Shown here: piece after piece, positions 8,496-16,771 of the stretch | How positions within the stretch are numbered: the stretch's first letter is position 1 | How the letters are laid out: each line of letters opens with the position of its first letter | Source of the DNA: a virus | Lineage: Duplodnaviria > Caudoviricetes | Length of the DNA stretch: 64,000 bases | Direction: 5' to 3' (one strand) | IMG/VR virus record: IMGVR_UViG_3300014204_000183 | Coordinates: 4,155-68,154 of that record | Position numbers and translations under genes: made by a program | The notes under the pieces: generated by a model | What the model saw: only the letters and a program-made list of their open reading frames with translations | The model's database searches: none | Told to the model about the DNA's origin: nothing

Positions 8496-8729
8496 GTAAG
8501 TTCCTTCAGGAAGTTTCTGTCGAAGCTGGTGTGTTCGTTCTGTACCGTATGCTCCGTCTAGCTCCAACCAATCAATCACATCCCAAAATGAGGGGTGTGT
8601 ACCCATTCTACTAATGTCTTGATTCACAGAAATTAGAGACACTTCTGGCTTTTGACGGTCTGGACGCAGAGTAAACATTAAATACCCTGCATTTTTCATT
8701 CCGACTATTAGTTTAGGAAGGATACTCAT
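8481..8729 (-). CDS. hypothetical protein (leaderless)
   Basis: Start MSILPKL 7 nt after -10. Confidence 0.7.
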   Translation of the reverse strand: MSILPKLIVGMKNAGYLMFTLRPDRQKPEVSLISVNQDISRMGTHPSFWDVIDWLELDGAYGTERTHQLRQKLPEGTYLTFI

Positions 8730-8764
8730 ACTACCAATCATACCATAAGTTTCGAGAAAGTCAA
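8727..8764 (-). repeat. 38-bp direct repeat copy 1 = promoter TTGACT-N16-TATGAT-N7-ATG
   Basis: Identical to 9001-9038. Confidence 0.9.
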
Positions 8765-9003
8765 TCCCACTCACGGACTTTATACCCCTCGAATAGAAGC
8801 CAATTTCGTTGTTCGGCTGTCAACTTAAACCCGACGTGTCTAATGGTGTGTTTATCGTATACTCTGGCATATCCAAGCCGTTCGGCAATTGGTGTGTCTA
8901 TACCAAAGTGAGTATACAAATATTCATCATGGCCACAGGATGGGCAAGTATGCCACTCGCCATTTGGAAGGAGCCAGCCTGAGTCCCATTTATCGGAGTC
9001 CAT
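8761..9003 (-). CDS. hypothetical protein (leaderless) between promoter repeats
   Basis: MDSDKWDSGWLLPNGEWHTCPSCGH; stop TGA lies in the next -35. Confidence 0.7.
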   Translation of the reverse strand: MDSDKWDSGWLLPNGEWHTCPSCGHDEYLYTHFGIDTPIAERLGYARVYDKHTIRHVGFKLTAEQRNWLLFEGYKVREWD

Positions 9004-9038
9004 ACTACCAATCATACCATAAGTTTCGAGAAAGTCAA
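9001..9038 (-). repeat. 38-bp direct repeat copy 2 = promoter
   Basis: catactaccaatcataccataagtttcgagaaagtcaa. Confidence 0.9.
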
Positions 9039-9272
9039 GTCACGTAGTCCCATTAAGTCTAGAATTTTGTTTGCTTTAATTTGATTACACTGCTTACAGA
9101 GAACTTGCAAATTGTTTGTTCGGCCTCCACATAGCGACTTAGGAACTATGTGATCTTGTGTAAATAATACAAGTTTTCCACTCAGCGTGCCATAAATATT
9201 GAACGAGGTAGTTTCATAAGGGTTTCTACTACTAAGAGCATGTGGGAACGTGATATTGAGGCTGACGCACAC
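9012..9272 (-). CDS. small HNH endonuclease
   Basis: DHIVPKSLCGGRTNNLQVLCKQCNQIK. Confidence 0.75.
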   Translation of the reverse strand: MCVSLNITFPHALSSRNPYETTSFNIYGTLSGKLVLFTQDHIVPKSLCGGRTNNLQVLCKQCNQIKANKILDLMGLRDLTFSKLMV

Positions 9273-9306
9273 CTGTGCTCGCTTCCGTCAGTCAGATTAT
9301 TTAATC

Positions 9307-9525
9307 CTAGACCAGCACACGCAAGTCGCTTATTAATTCGTCAATACCGAGATTATTTATTCTAGCTTGAATACTACAGCGTATTCCTTCTAATCTCTTT
9401 GCTTTGACCGCAGAAACATTAGTTTCCAATTCACGCAGCCTATCCATAGCAGTGTACAGTTCGCGGCGAGCTTGGATAATATGTTCCTCAGCAAATATTC
9501 GGAGGGCGGCGTTTTCACCGGTCAT
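9307..9525 (-). CDS. hypothetical coiled-coil protein
   Basis: 72-aa ORF. Confidence 0.6.
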   Translation of the reverse strand: MTGENAALRIFAEEHIIQARRELYTAMDRLRELETNVSAVKAKRLEGIRCSIQARINNLGIDELISDLRVLV

Positions 9526-9802
9526 GACAATCTTTCAAAAGTGAGAGTAGCGTGCGTAACTTAGCCCGCAGTGGATGTCGAACACACCACTCAGCTAGAC
9601 ATTTTTTGTAAGCCACCGATTGCGTTAAATGTGTACGCTCAAGTAGTTTGAGAATATTATTCAGGTGGGCATCTTCAAGCTGCGTGATCTTAATAACACG
9701 GCCATCTTGGGTTACCCAGTATTCATCACTATAGCCGCAGTTGTCATTCTCCGAATCCCAATAGTCTTCAAACGCAGATGGTAGCCAGTCTTTTTGTTCC
9801 AT
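9515..9802 (-). CDS. hypothetical protein
   Basis: W.TQDGRVIKITQLEDAHLNNILKLLE, a common phage small-protein pattern. Confidence 0.65.
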   Translation of the reverse strand: MEQKDWLPSAFEDYWDSENDNCGYSDEYWVTQDGRVIKITQLEDAHLNNILKLLERTHLTQSVAYKKCLAEWCVRHPLRAKLRTLLSLLKDCHDR

Positions 9803-9889
9803 TTTCTAGCTCACAAAGTCAGCCATTAGGGTGGGGCAACTGGCGTCAAAACCTACAAGGGTAGTTTCATAAGGGGCGTACACAGCATA

Positions 9890-10075
9890 TTAGGGGTTGA
9901 TAAATTTAATTAAGACCCACTCATCTTCATCCGTACTCCGAGCATACCGATACTCAAGAGCCGCATATTCCAGCCAGCGAGTAACTCCGCTAATTGTCAC
10001 TAGCCACCAGAGAAAACGACGGAAGACACGATGTTCTCCGTCACAGGGCCGTGTAGTTTCTTTTCCAAAACGCAT
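9890..10075 (-). CDS. hypothetical protein
   Basis: 61-aa ORF. Confidence 0.55.
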   Translation of the reverse strand: MRFGKETTRPCDGEHRVFRRFLWWLVTISGVTRWLEYAALEYRYARSTDEDEWVLIKFINP

Positions 10076-10248
10076 TAAAATTCTCCTTTATAGACAATTT
10101 TCAAAATATCCCCGGCCTTGAATGTTACTGGTTCTTTGAAATCGATTGCAAATGAGTCCTCAAGAATCCAGCCATGATTAATTGGTCGCGTGATGGCGGT
10201 CCATTTTATTTCGGTGCCTTCAGGCTCTTTGGTAATTGTGTATGTCAT
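10075..10248 (-). CDS. hypothetical protein, 57 aa (not in ORF track)
   Basis: MTYTITKEPEGTEIKW...KGEF*; ATGA overlap with tatA stop. Confidence 0.6.
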   Translation of the reverse strand: MTYTITKEPEGTEIKWTAITRPINHGWILEDSFAIDFKEPVTFKAGDILKIVYKGEF

Positions 10249-10376
10249 AGCTTATCAATACCTTTCTTAAACTCCCTAAGTGCCTCTCCAAGAGACTTCA
10301 TCACCGCTGGTAATCGATTTCCGAACAACAAAAAAGCAACTAATGCCAATATGAATATATGAAAAGTGCTCAGCAT
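10245..10376 (-). CDS. tatA: twin-arginine translocase subunit TatA/E (43 aa; not in ORF track)
   Basis: MLSTFHIFILALVAFLLFGNRLPAVMKSLGEALREFKKGIDKL: TM helix, FG hinge, amphipathic helix ending EFKKG. Confidence 0.85.
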   Translation of the reverse strand: MLSTFHIFILALVAFLLFGNRLPAVMKSLGEALREFKKGIDKL

Positions 10377-10699
10377 TCAATCTGCTCCAGTATCTTCTCC
10401 CACAGGTAACAACCAGGAATCAATTGTCGTTCCAACTGTCGCTCAACGTATTCGTTCGACCATTCACGCCAGCCACGATCCACCAGCCATGAATACGGCA
10501 ATTCAACACCTGTTCGTGTTGTAATATTAAGCACCTTGTGTACTAGGCCAACTTCCAAGTCGGCCCCAATGGGTCCAGTATCCGCGGAGTCCTCTGCTGG
10601 TTGATAATGAAATCCGACGATACAATCAAACGTGCAATCATCCGAGTCAAAAATAATAGCTTCATACACAACCATCACGGCACTCCGTAAGTCTTGCAC
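10370..10699 (-). CDS. hypothetical protein
   Basis: 109-aa ORF. Confidence 0.55.
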   Translation of the reverse strand: MQDLRSAVMVVYEAIIFDSDDCTFDCIVGFHYQPAEDSADTGPIGADLEVGLVHKVLNITTRTGVELPYSWLVDRGWREWSNEYVERQLERQLIPGCYLWEKILEQIEC

Positions 10700-10931
10700 T
10701 AACGTATTCCTCCCACTGTTTCACCACGCTAGCAAACTCAATCCTTAATCGGGCTGAAAGTGTATTGACAAGGCAGTGAAAGTTCCAATGGTCTGGTTTA
10801 TAGTTTCGGCCCGCGACATCCACGTACCAGCTAGCAACTCGGCTACCGGTTGTCCTGTCAAATACATCCAGACCAGTCATAGTTGGTAGATACCAATAAT
10901 CGTACCATGGATTTAATGTAGTGAATTTCAT
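10662..10931 (-). CDS. hypothetical protein
   Basis: 89-aa ORF. Confidence 0.6.
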   Translation of the reverse strand: MKFTTLNPWYDYWYLPTMTGLDVFDRTTGSRVASWYVDVAGRNYKPDHWNFHCLVNTLSARLRIEFASVVKQWEEYVSARLTECRDGCV

Positions 10932-11114
10932 TTAATCTCTTTCATAGCGGGCCCAGTCTCGCCCTTTATCAAAACCTTTATCATAGCCGCACTCATCACC
11001 CTTCTCGTAGCCGTCGCTGAATCCCAAGGACCATGCTTTGTGAGCCAAGTCTCGTAGATTTAATGTATCTTGGGCGACATCAAACCAAGATTCAAAGTCA
11101 CTTTCATTCATCAT
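10932..11114 (-). CDS. hypothetical protein with GxxxG repeats
   Basis: GYEKGDECGYDKGFDKG. Confidence 0.6.
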   Translation of the reverse strand: MMNESDFESWFDVAQDTLNLRDLAHKAWSLGFSDGYEKGDECGYDKGFDKGRDWARYERD

Positions 11115-11308
11115 AGTCTCCCATTGAATTCAAAAATTGTGCTAGTGCCCTGGTCTATATGGATTCTATTTGTTCGCGTCCATCGAAAATATCCATCCCC
11201 AACATATAGGTCGATTGCTTCCAATGGGGCCAATAACACAATTGAATCGACCCTCCCATTTTCCGGGGCTGGCCCACCTTCAAAATACACTGGCTCGTTG
11301 TACTCCAT
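11111..11308 (-). CDS. hypothetical protein (leaderless)
   Basis: Start MEYNEPVYFEGGPAP 6 nt after TATAAT. Confidence 0.7.
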   Translation of the reverse strand: MEYNEPVYFEGGPAPENGRVDSIVLLAPLEAIDLYVGDGYFRWTRTNRIHIDQGTSTIFEFNGRL

Positions 11309-11342
11309 ATCACAATTATACACTATATTTCGAGTGTGTCAA
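11309..11342 (-). promoter_or_regulatory. sigma70-type promoter, leaderless
   Basis: TTGACA-N16-TATAAT-N6-ATG(11308). Confidence 0.9.
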
Positions 11343-11343
11343 G

Positions 11344-11844
11344 TTATAAATAATAAGTATTATTTTCTAAGAGACAACGCGCTAGCACCCATAGATGCTG
11401 ATTTCCTTTTGTCAGACAATATAGGGCGGCTAGTTTCTCTCGGAGATACCCGGCTGCAAACTTGGAGTCATATGCAACAATATTGCCACAGTTATCAATA
11501 ATATCCGCCAACTTGATTGTCTTAGCGTCAGGGCTGGCTTGGTTTAAATGCCTGCGTTCAATCGACTTACGCTTTTTTCGCGTGCCCTCCGTTGCGACAT
11601 TCGTGACTTCAGAAACTATCCTAGCTACGTTATCGCCAAATTCTTTGCGAATTTCTTCAAGAGTGACTGTGGTATCTTCAACAACATCGTGCAACCATGC
11701 CGCAGCAATTACATCGGGATCACTAGTTACTGACTGTACAATCTGAGCAACTCGGGCAGGATGAACTATATACGGTTCACCCGTGTATTTCCGCAGTTGT
11801 CCTTTGTGTGCGATAGTTGCAAATTGTTTTGGTGTCATAGTCAT
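11344..11844 (-). CDS. HD-domain protein, small alarmone hydrolase/Mesh1-like
   Basis: AHKGQLRKYTGEPYIVHP...AAWLHDVVEDT...IKLADIIDN; start trimmed to follow the tRNA. Confidence 0.85.
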   Translation of the reverse strand: MTMTPKQFATIAHKGQLRKYTGEPYIVHPARVAQIVQSVTSDPDVIAAAWLHDVVEDTTVTLEEIRKEFGDNVARIVSEVTNVATEGTRKKRKSIERRHLNQASPDAKTIKLADIIDNCGNIVAYDSKFAAGYLREKLAALYCLTKGNQHLWVLARCLLENNTYYL

Positions 11845-11847
11845 AAG

Positions 11848-11920
11848 CTGCCTCGCCAGGGCTCGAACCTGGGACAAGGTGATTAACAGTCACCTGCTCT
11901 ACCGACTGAGCTACGAGGCA
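11848..11920 (-). tRNA. tRNA-Asn(GTT)
   Basis: Cloverleaf TGCCTCG..GGTGA-CTGTTAA-TCACC..TTCGAGC..CGAGGCA-G; no encoded CCA. Confidence 0.92.
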
Positions 11921-11944
11921 TACTAGGAGTCGAACTGGCCTGTT

Positions 11945-12103
11945 TCAATTATTCTCTGCTACAATAAATACAGTCCCATTGACCCCTACAACTGTATTAA
12001 TTGTACGGTTGGCATGGGTTTCGTAGTTGATCTTGACTAAAGTTTCAGGTGGCCACTGCGAAAGGATGGCTTCAAGATCGGCGATTGTTAGTATCTTGTC
12101 CAT
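11945..12103 (-). CDS. hypothetical protein, 52 aa (leaderless; not in ORF track)
   Basis: MDKILTIADLEAILSQWPPETLVKIN... Confidence 0.65.
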   Translation of the reverse strand: MDKILTIADLEAILSQWPPETLVKINYETHANRTINTVVGVNGTVFIVAENN

Positions 12104-12137
12104 ATTCTAAGTATACCCCAAAATTTAGACTTGTCAA
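12104..12137 (-). promoter_or_regulatory. sigma70-type promoter, leaderless
   Basis: TTGACA-N16-TATACT-N6-ATG(12103); upstream stop TGA in -35. Confidence 0.9.
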
Positions 12138-12727
12138 GTCAGTCTTTTGCCACGGAAGAAGAAGTCTATCCGGCGTGCGACGACTCTGAGAGGAATGGTC
12201 GAACTCTCATAGGAACGATTCCATGGCCGTGGAAATAATATGCCCTGGCCTCCGTGCCAACGAAACTGGTCTATATTTTTATCACAGTCATCGATAAGTA
12301 ACACGTTTCTTTTTGCCAGTAGATGTTTAGCTTTGCCAACAATAAGTCGATCCACATACCCACTAGGTAAGTTATTTTGAACCCACGTCATTTTTCCAGC
12401 AAATTGCATCGCGGAGTTTATATGGCTCGTAACAATGTACACATTATCAGGGCCGACAAGATGCTCGCACGCGAGTCTCAATGGGATTGCCCACTCGGAC
12501 TGAGGTAAGTTGGCCCAAAACTCATACCCAAATTTGTCCCAGAATGCATCTCCCCGGGGAACCTCAGTCCACCATGATGCTAGTTTCCGTGCAGCCAAAT
12601 GGATATCATAGCCCCATTCCGGTTCGTACCAAGCGACTGCATCGGTGCCGCATCCGTAAGCAGATAGAATTGGTCCGGCGCATTCATTAAGTACATCATC
12701 GAGATCTAATAAAATAGTGTTAATCAT
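12134..12727 (-). CDS. HAD-family 5'(3')-deoxyribonucleotidase
   Basis: LLDLDDVL motif I, IVTS, K, LLIDD motif IV. Confidence 0.85.
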   Translation of the reverse strand: MINTILLDLDDVLNECAGPILSAYGCGTDAVAWYEPEWGYDIHLAARKLASWWTEVPRGDAFWDKFGYEFWANLPQSEWAIPLRLACEHLVGPDNVYIVTSHINSAMQFAGKMTWVQNNLPSGYVDRLIVGKAKHLLAKRNVLLIDDCDKNIDQFRWHGGQGILFPRPWNRSYESSTIPLRVVARRIDFFFRGKRLT

Positions 12728-12734
12728 ACTCGGC

Positions 12735-12929
12735 TTACTCCCAACTCCCTCCCCACTGGTCGATGTATCTATCTGGATGTTCCAACTGTGCTGGCGAAGT
12801 ACCATTTGATCGATCGAATCGCGGATCTTCAGACCAGCCACAATCGCACCCGTAGGGCCCATAGATCATTCCAACACCCACGTCAACTGAGTCCCTAGAA
12901 CACGGTAAGTTATAGATTGGACAGTTCAA
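12735..12929 (-). CDS. hypothetical Cys-containing protein
   Basis: VDVGVGMIYGPYGCDCGWSED. Confidence 0.55.
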   Translation of the reverse strand: MNCPIYNLPCSRDSVDVGVGMIYGPYGCDCGWSEDPRFDRSNGTSPAQLEHPDRYIDQWGGSWE

Positions 12930-13180
12930 TTTACATGGACCTTTGGTGGTTCGGTGCAGACATACCCCGACAACGTTTCAAATCGCGTTTTGTACCCTGG
13001 TGGTAAGCCAATTCTATACACAACACTGCGGCTTGCATCTCGCATACCTTCTTCTCCGAATACAATGGAACTTGTCATAATCCCATTAACTCGAAGCAAG
13101 GCTTGCATAATCTTGGCCGTCGAAGTCTTTCCAAGATTCGGCCAACTCTCCTCTTCACCTACGTCATAGTATTCATACAT
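12926..13180 (-). CDS. hypothetical protein
   Basis: 84-aa ORF. Confidence 0.55.
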   Translation of the reverse strand: MYEYYDVGEEESWPNLGKTSTAKIMQALLRVNGIMTSSIVFGEEGMRDASRSVVYRIGLPPGYKTRFETLSGYVCTEPPKVHVN

Positions 13181-13382
13181 CGCTCAATCTCCTTCTAGGA
13201 TAGGGTAGCCCATAATTCCATCGGCCAGTTTTCTTTAACTTGTCGTGCCCTTCTGTGTATGCTCTAATCCACTCAGGTGAGGCGTGAGAATATTCATCAT
13301 CACCGTGGCCAGCCACACAGCCTCCAATATAATGCATCATGCATGTTTCACACGGGCCGCTACAGTCACTAAACATCTTCAT
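13173..13382 (-). CDS. hypothetical Cys-containing protein
   Basis: CSGPCETC...CVAGHGDD. Confidence 0.55.
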   Translation of the reverse strand: MKMFSDCSGPCETCMMHYIGGCVAGHGDDEYSHASPEWIRAYTEGHDKLKKTGRWNYGLPYPRRRLSDV

Positions 13383-13617
13383 AGAATCTACTCCCAGTGT
13401 CCCCAGCAACACGCAACATACTATGCCCCATGGCGTGGTTTAACAATGCTTCTTCTACCTCGAATCGACCATGATTACGCTCGGAATTTAAGGCGAATAG
13501 ATGCACGTCTTTCATTTCCACAGTTGTATCAATGGCTCGTAGAAATCGTTTGTGGCCTAGTGGAAGTGGAAAGTATTCCCAGATAAGCCAACAGTAACTC
13601 GTTTTAGGTAGGCTCAT
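13369..13617 (-). CDS. hypothetical protein
   Basis: Start MSLPKT with ATGA overlap. Confidence 0.55.
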   Translation of the reverse strand: MSLPKTSYCWLIWEYFPLPLGHKRFLRAIDTTVEMKDVHLFALNSERNHGRFEVEEALLNHAMGHSMLRVAGDTGSRFYEDV

Positions 13618-13784
13618 TGCTTTTTCTCTGTTGTCCAAAATTTCCAATTATCTATATTATCGAATGTCCTCTGCAAGCCGCGTCTATCTTCTTCCGCCTC
13701 TGCTTTAGATGGGTATGAACCACAGTCGCCGCAATCGGGTATCTCAGTTATCCACCACCCATCATCCCTTTTTACTAGTTTCAT
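13614..13784 (-). CDS. hypothetical protein, 56 aa (not in ORF track)
   Basis: MKLVKRDDGWWITEIPDCGDCGSY...TEKKQ*. Confidence 0.55.
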   Translation of the reverse strand: MKLVKRDDGWWITEIPDCGDCGSYPSKAEAEEDRRGLQRTFDNIDNWKFWTTEKKQ

Positions 13785-13953
13785 TGCTTAGCCGCTCAAT
13801 CTCGTCTATTGCTAGTTGTAAGGCCCCGAGCGCCTCATATGTTGATGTTAGTTTAATAAAGTTATGGAATGGGTATGCTTCATCACGAATGGCTTCGAAG
13901 CGCATCCGCCACATTTTTGTCAACTCTGGATTCCATCGACTAAACTTGTCCAC
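13762..13953 (-). CDS. hypothetical protein
   Basis: 63-aa ORF. Confidence 0.55.
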   Translation of the reverse strand: MDKFSRWNPELTKMWRMRFEAIRDEAYPFHNFIKLTSTYEALGALQLAIDEIERLSNETSKKG

Positions 13954-13954
13954 G

Positions 13955-14533
13955 TTAGCGGGTGCTCCTTGCTCGGCATTCCCAGCAACGAATTAACATA
14001 CACACGTCGTAGGCGTCGTCAAGGGCATCGTGTGTTACTGTTCTGTCAATGCCAGCCCGTCGTAGGCATTCCTGTGTATTGGGCGGCGTCTTATCATCAG
14101 GCTGTAAGAAAAGATTACCGGGATCAATAACACGGTGGCTAATTGACAAGTCTGACCATCCAGATAAATTTTTCAGAAAACGTAGATCAAATCCAGCCAC
14201 ATTCTTACCGGCTAGAACAATTTCTGACCCAGTGTACGTGTGGAGCCACTCTTTAAATTCATAGACTAGATCATCGCTATCAACAATCTTGACGGGTTTC
14301 CCTAAATGTTGTACTTCTTCTCCTGGCGAATGTTTTGCCAGCGTATCGAAAATAGGCTTATTAAGTGCCAAGGCAAATGGCTCGCCACTGTACCATGAGT
14401 CCCATGCAAGAGCGTTGAAGGTCGGGCTACGTTCCAACGGCCATTCAGTATCGTCAAGCACTGCGGCCAACTGTAGAATCTGGCAGCCGCTCCCCAAACC
14501 AGTTGTTTCAATATCAATACTTACATATTTCAT
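13955..14533 (-). CDS. DEDDh 3'-5' exonuclease (DnaQ-like)
   Basis: SIDIETTG, GKNVAGFD, THDALDDA. Confidence 0.9.
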   Translation of the reverse strand: MKYVSIDIETTGLGSGCQILQLAAVLDDTEWPLERSPTFNALAWDSWYSGEPFALALNKPIFDTLAKHSPGEEVQHLGKPVKIVDSDDLVYEFKEWLHTYTGSEIVLAGKNVAGFDLRFLKNLSGWSDLSISHRVIDPGNLFLQPDDKTPPNTQECLRRAGIDRTVTHDALDDAYDVCMLIRCWECRARSTR

Positions 14534-14730
14534 TAACTTGTATGCCCTTCTAATTGTGTTACCGTTGTTACTCCGAGGTTGTCCATACAGCATGCGAGGG
14601 TATCCAATGGTAACCCCACAAAAGCCTGTAAGTCCTCGGGCGCCTCTGTTATTTTTCCATTCCGAGTTATAACCGACACAGTCATCATGTTATTTGACAG
14701 TCTATACCGTCCAATATGTTCGCCTAGCAT
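14533..14730 (-). CDS. hypothetical protein
   Basis: 65-aa ORF. Confidence 0.55.
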   Translation of the reverse strand: MLGEHIGRYRLSNNMMTVSVITRNGKITEAPEDLQAFVGLPLDTLACCMDNLGVTTVTQLEGHTS

Positions 14731-14732
14731 AT

Positions 14733-14948
14733 CTAATCACCTGCCTGATAGATTGATAGTTTTGCTGCCGCTATTTGATCGTGGGTCGCTAGATATTTTA
14801 TTCGAGTATTATCAACTCCGCCATACTGTTCAGCTATTCGAGGGAGGGCTGACAACATGGCTCTCAGTGAGGGATATGTACAGTAGATCTTGACTGGCTT
14901 CCATCCATTATGCCGCACTTCCAACAACAATCTTGGAGTCTTAAACAT
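14733..14948 (-). CDS. hypothetical protein
   Basis: 71-aa ORF. Confidence 0.55.
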   Translation of the reverse strand: MFKTPRLLLEVRHNGWKPVKIYCTYPSLRAMLSALPRIAEQYGGVDNTRIKYLATHDQIAAAKLSIYQAGD

Positions 14949-14950
14949 TT

Positions 14951-15163
14951 TTAAGTTCTTCTGGGGGCATCCATTATTACCATTCCACGGGCTGCAAAGA
15001 CCATTGCTGCATAACGGCTGATTGCCTTCGCCCTGAAATCAAATTCGGGATACATCTTTCGGAACTTGTCCAAGAGTACCATGTGCTTTCGGAAATCACC
15101 TTCTAGTATGATCCCCATCGAAATCCAATGAGGGCAACAAAATCGCTCAACCATATAAAACAT
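14951..15163 (-). CDS. hypothetical protein
   Basis: Start MFYMVERF after AAGGAG; the longer track ORF overlaps a tRNA. Confidence 0.6.
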   Translation of the reverse strand: MFYMVERFCCPHWISMGIILEGDFRKHMVLLDKFRKMYPEFDFRAKAISRYAAMVFAARGMVIMDAPRRT

Positions 15164-15177
15164 AAACTTCTCCTTAG

Positions 15178-15250
<73 letters not shown>

Positions 15251-15319
15251 ATGGCGGAATCCCGACGTGCTCAATAGCCGCCACTATTGGCACCATACGA
15301 CAAGCAACTCTCCGAGTTA

Positions 15320-15733
15320 CTAATAGACAATAAAATAGGCAATGATTAAACCTACTAACACGCCAAATGCAAAGGTCAGGATTGTTGCCGTCTGCTCTTG
15401 CCCTCTGTCCCTCTCAACTTCCTGTTTCGATGGGTTAAGAAGCCCGCTGTTTGAGACAAACTTCTTTGTTTTGACAGGGCTGTTTGCAGGAGTGTTACCT
15501 AATGCCGCTAACCATTCATTGGGCACACTCGAAGCATCCACATTAATACCTAAGCAGTTAGGGGCATAGACACGGTCGGTAACCGAGCCAGGATCCCAAG
15601 CCACAGTCGGGCCGCGCCCGAAAACCAAAGAGCGGCCGACGGACGCGTTTTGAGCCCGAAGAACCACACCGCTATCGATTGCAACATATCCGTTCTCATT
15701 CTGATAATAGGTAATCATGCCAGTCCAGAGCAT
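15320..15733 (-). CDS. membrane-anchored hypothetical protein
   Basis: C-terminal TM ILTFAFGVLVGLIIAYFIVY. Confidence 0.65.
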   Translation of the reverse strand: MLWTGMITYYQNENGYVAIDSGVVLRAQNASVGRSLVFGRGPTVAWDPGSVTDRVYAPNCLGINVDASSVPNEWLAALGNTPANSPVKTKKFVSNSGLLNPSKQEVERDRGQEQTATILTFAFGVLVGLIIAYFIVY

Positions 15734-16092
15734 TTGACATTAATGCCCCAGGTAGTTCTAATCGCTTCAAGTGCGGCTTCTGTACCACTCACATTGATTG
15801 TTTTAATCAATCTGTCAACTATATAGGATCGGACGCTTGCCGTGAAAATCGATTTCTGGCATATTTCAGCCCCGGGGCCCCCCTTAAATTTAATCAACAC
15901 CTGTTCCATAGGCTGCTTGGCCCAGTCCGGTTCTCTACAAACAATACCTAAGCTGGTAATACCCTTGTGACCGACAAGAATGATACGATCCTTATAACCC
16001 AAATCTTCGGCCAAAAGATAGGCGTCGTCCAGTGTCTTTCCACTGGCCAGTGACTCGAAAACTGTTATAAGGTGCTTGGTTTCTGTCGCCAT
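15715..16092 (-). CDS. FxGGP-family protein (dispersed copy, leaderless)
   Basis: IKFKGGP...VRSYIVDRL; similar to 21576-21947 product. Confidence 0.7.
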   Translation of the reverse strand: MATETKHLITVFESLASGKTLDDAYLLAEDLGYKDRIILVGHKGITSLGIVCREPDWAKQPMEQVLIKFKGGPGAEICQKSIFTASVRSYIVDRLIKTINVSGTEAALEAIRTTWGINVKCSGLA

Positions 16093-16126
16093 ACTTGAAG
16101 TATAACACAATATTACTGGCTGTCAA
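16093..16126 (-). promoter_or_regulatory. sigma70-type promoter, leaderless
   Basis: TTGACA-N16-TATACT-N6-ATG(16092). Confidence 0.9.
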
Positions 16127-16129
16127 GTA

Positions 16130-16771
16130 TTATCTTGGCTTGCCATAGAATATATAGGGGATTGTTAAAGCCCGTTCTTTCAGTTCATCATCAATGTTAA
16201 GCGTTTCAATAAACTTACGAACTTGAACCGTGCAACTCCCGTGTGCCCCCACGTCATCAGTGCCAAATAGCACTGCGACCAGTGTTCCATGCTCGTCAAA
16301 GATGGGGCCACCACTGTCACCCTGTCTAGCTTTGGCCGTGCATTCTAGCATATCACTTGGCCAGTCGCCAAGTGGACTAACATACTTAACCAGTATACCA
16401 CTAGATTCTTTATAATCTCCGCTACCAAAGCCGCAGACCGTAAGAGGATCTCCAATCTTTGGTCTGTTCGTACTGATATTATAAGTTGGGAATTTAGACG
16501 GGGCTATTAAGGCAGCTAGATCCCAGATCTTATTTGATCCAACTAATTTGACTGGCTTTCCATTTATCTTAAATAGGTGGCCATCTTGTATAACGTGATT
16601 AGCTGTAATAATCAATGATTCAGTAGTGCTTGCAACACAGGTTCCGGTCCCCCAGGACGTGCTGCCAATTTCCACAGACTCGACACGAACAATGGAGGTA
16701 GGTGCCGAGCACGGTCCAGGGCAAGGGCACTGTGCCATAAGTAAAACAGCCAGTAGTATACTCATTGACAA
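16130..16771 (-). CDS. secreted trypsin-like serine protease
   Basis: Signal-like N-terminus; TANH, DLA, GDSGGP triad. Confidence 0.9.
   Translation of the reverse strand: MSMSILLAVLLMAQCPCPGPCSAPTSIVRVESVEIGSTSWGTGTCVASTTESLIITANHVIQDGHLFKINGKPVKLVGSNKIWDLAALIAPSKFPTYNISTNRPKIGDPLTVCGFGSGDYKESSGILVKYVSPLGDWPSDMLECTAKARQGDSGGPIFDEHGTLVAVLFGTDDVGAHGSCTVQVRKFIETLNIDDELKERALTIPYIFYGKPR

Noticed and set aside
11111-11308. Ninth FxGGPP-family domain (PVYFEGGPAP)
   Set aside because: Only the short FxGGP turn matches; it lacks the N-terminal helices and the GxLLTxLxD helix, and this turn is common in unrelated small phage proteins.
11845-11877. N-terminal extension of the HD protein
   Set aside because: Overlaps tRNA-Asn; start moved to 11844.
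15251-15310. Additional tRNA upstream of tRNA-Ile2
   Set aside because: Only a simple hairpin (CAATAG/CTATTG); no T-loop or cloverleaf.
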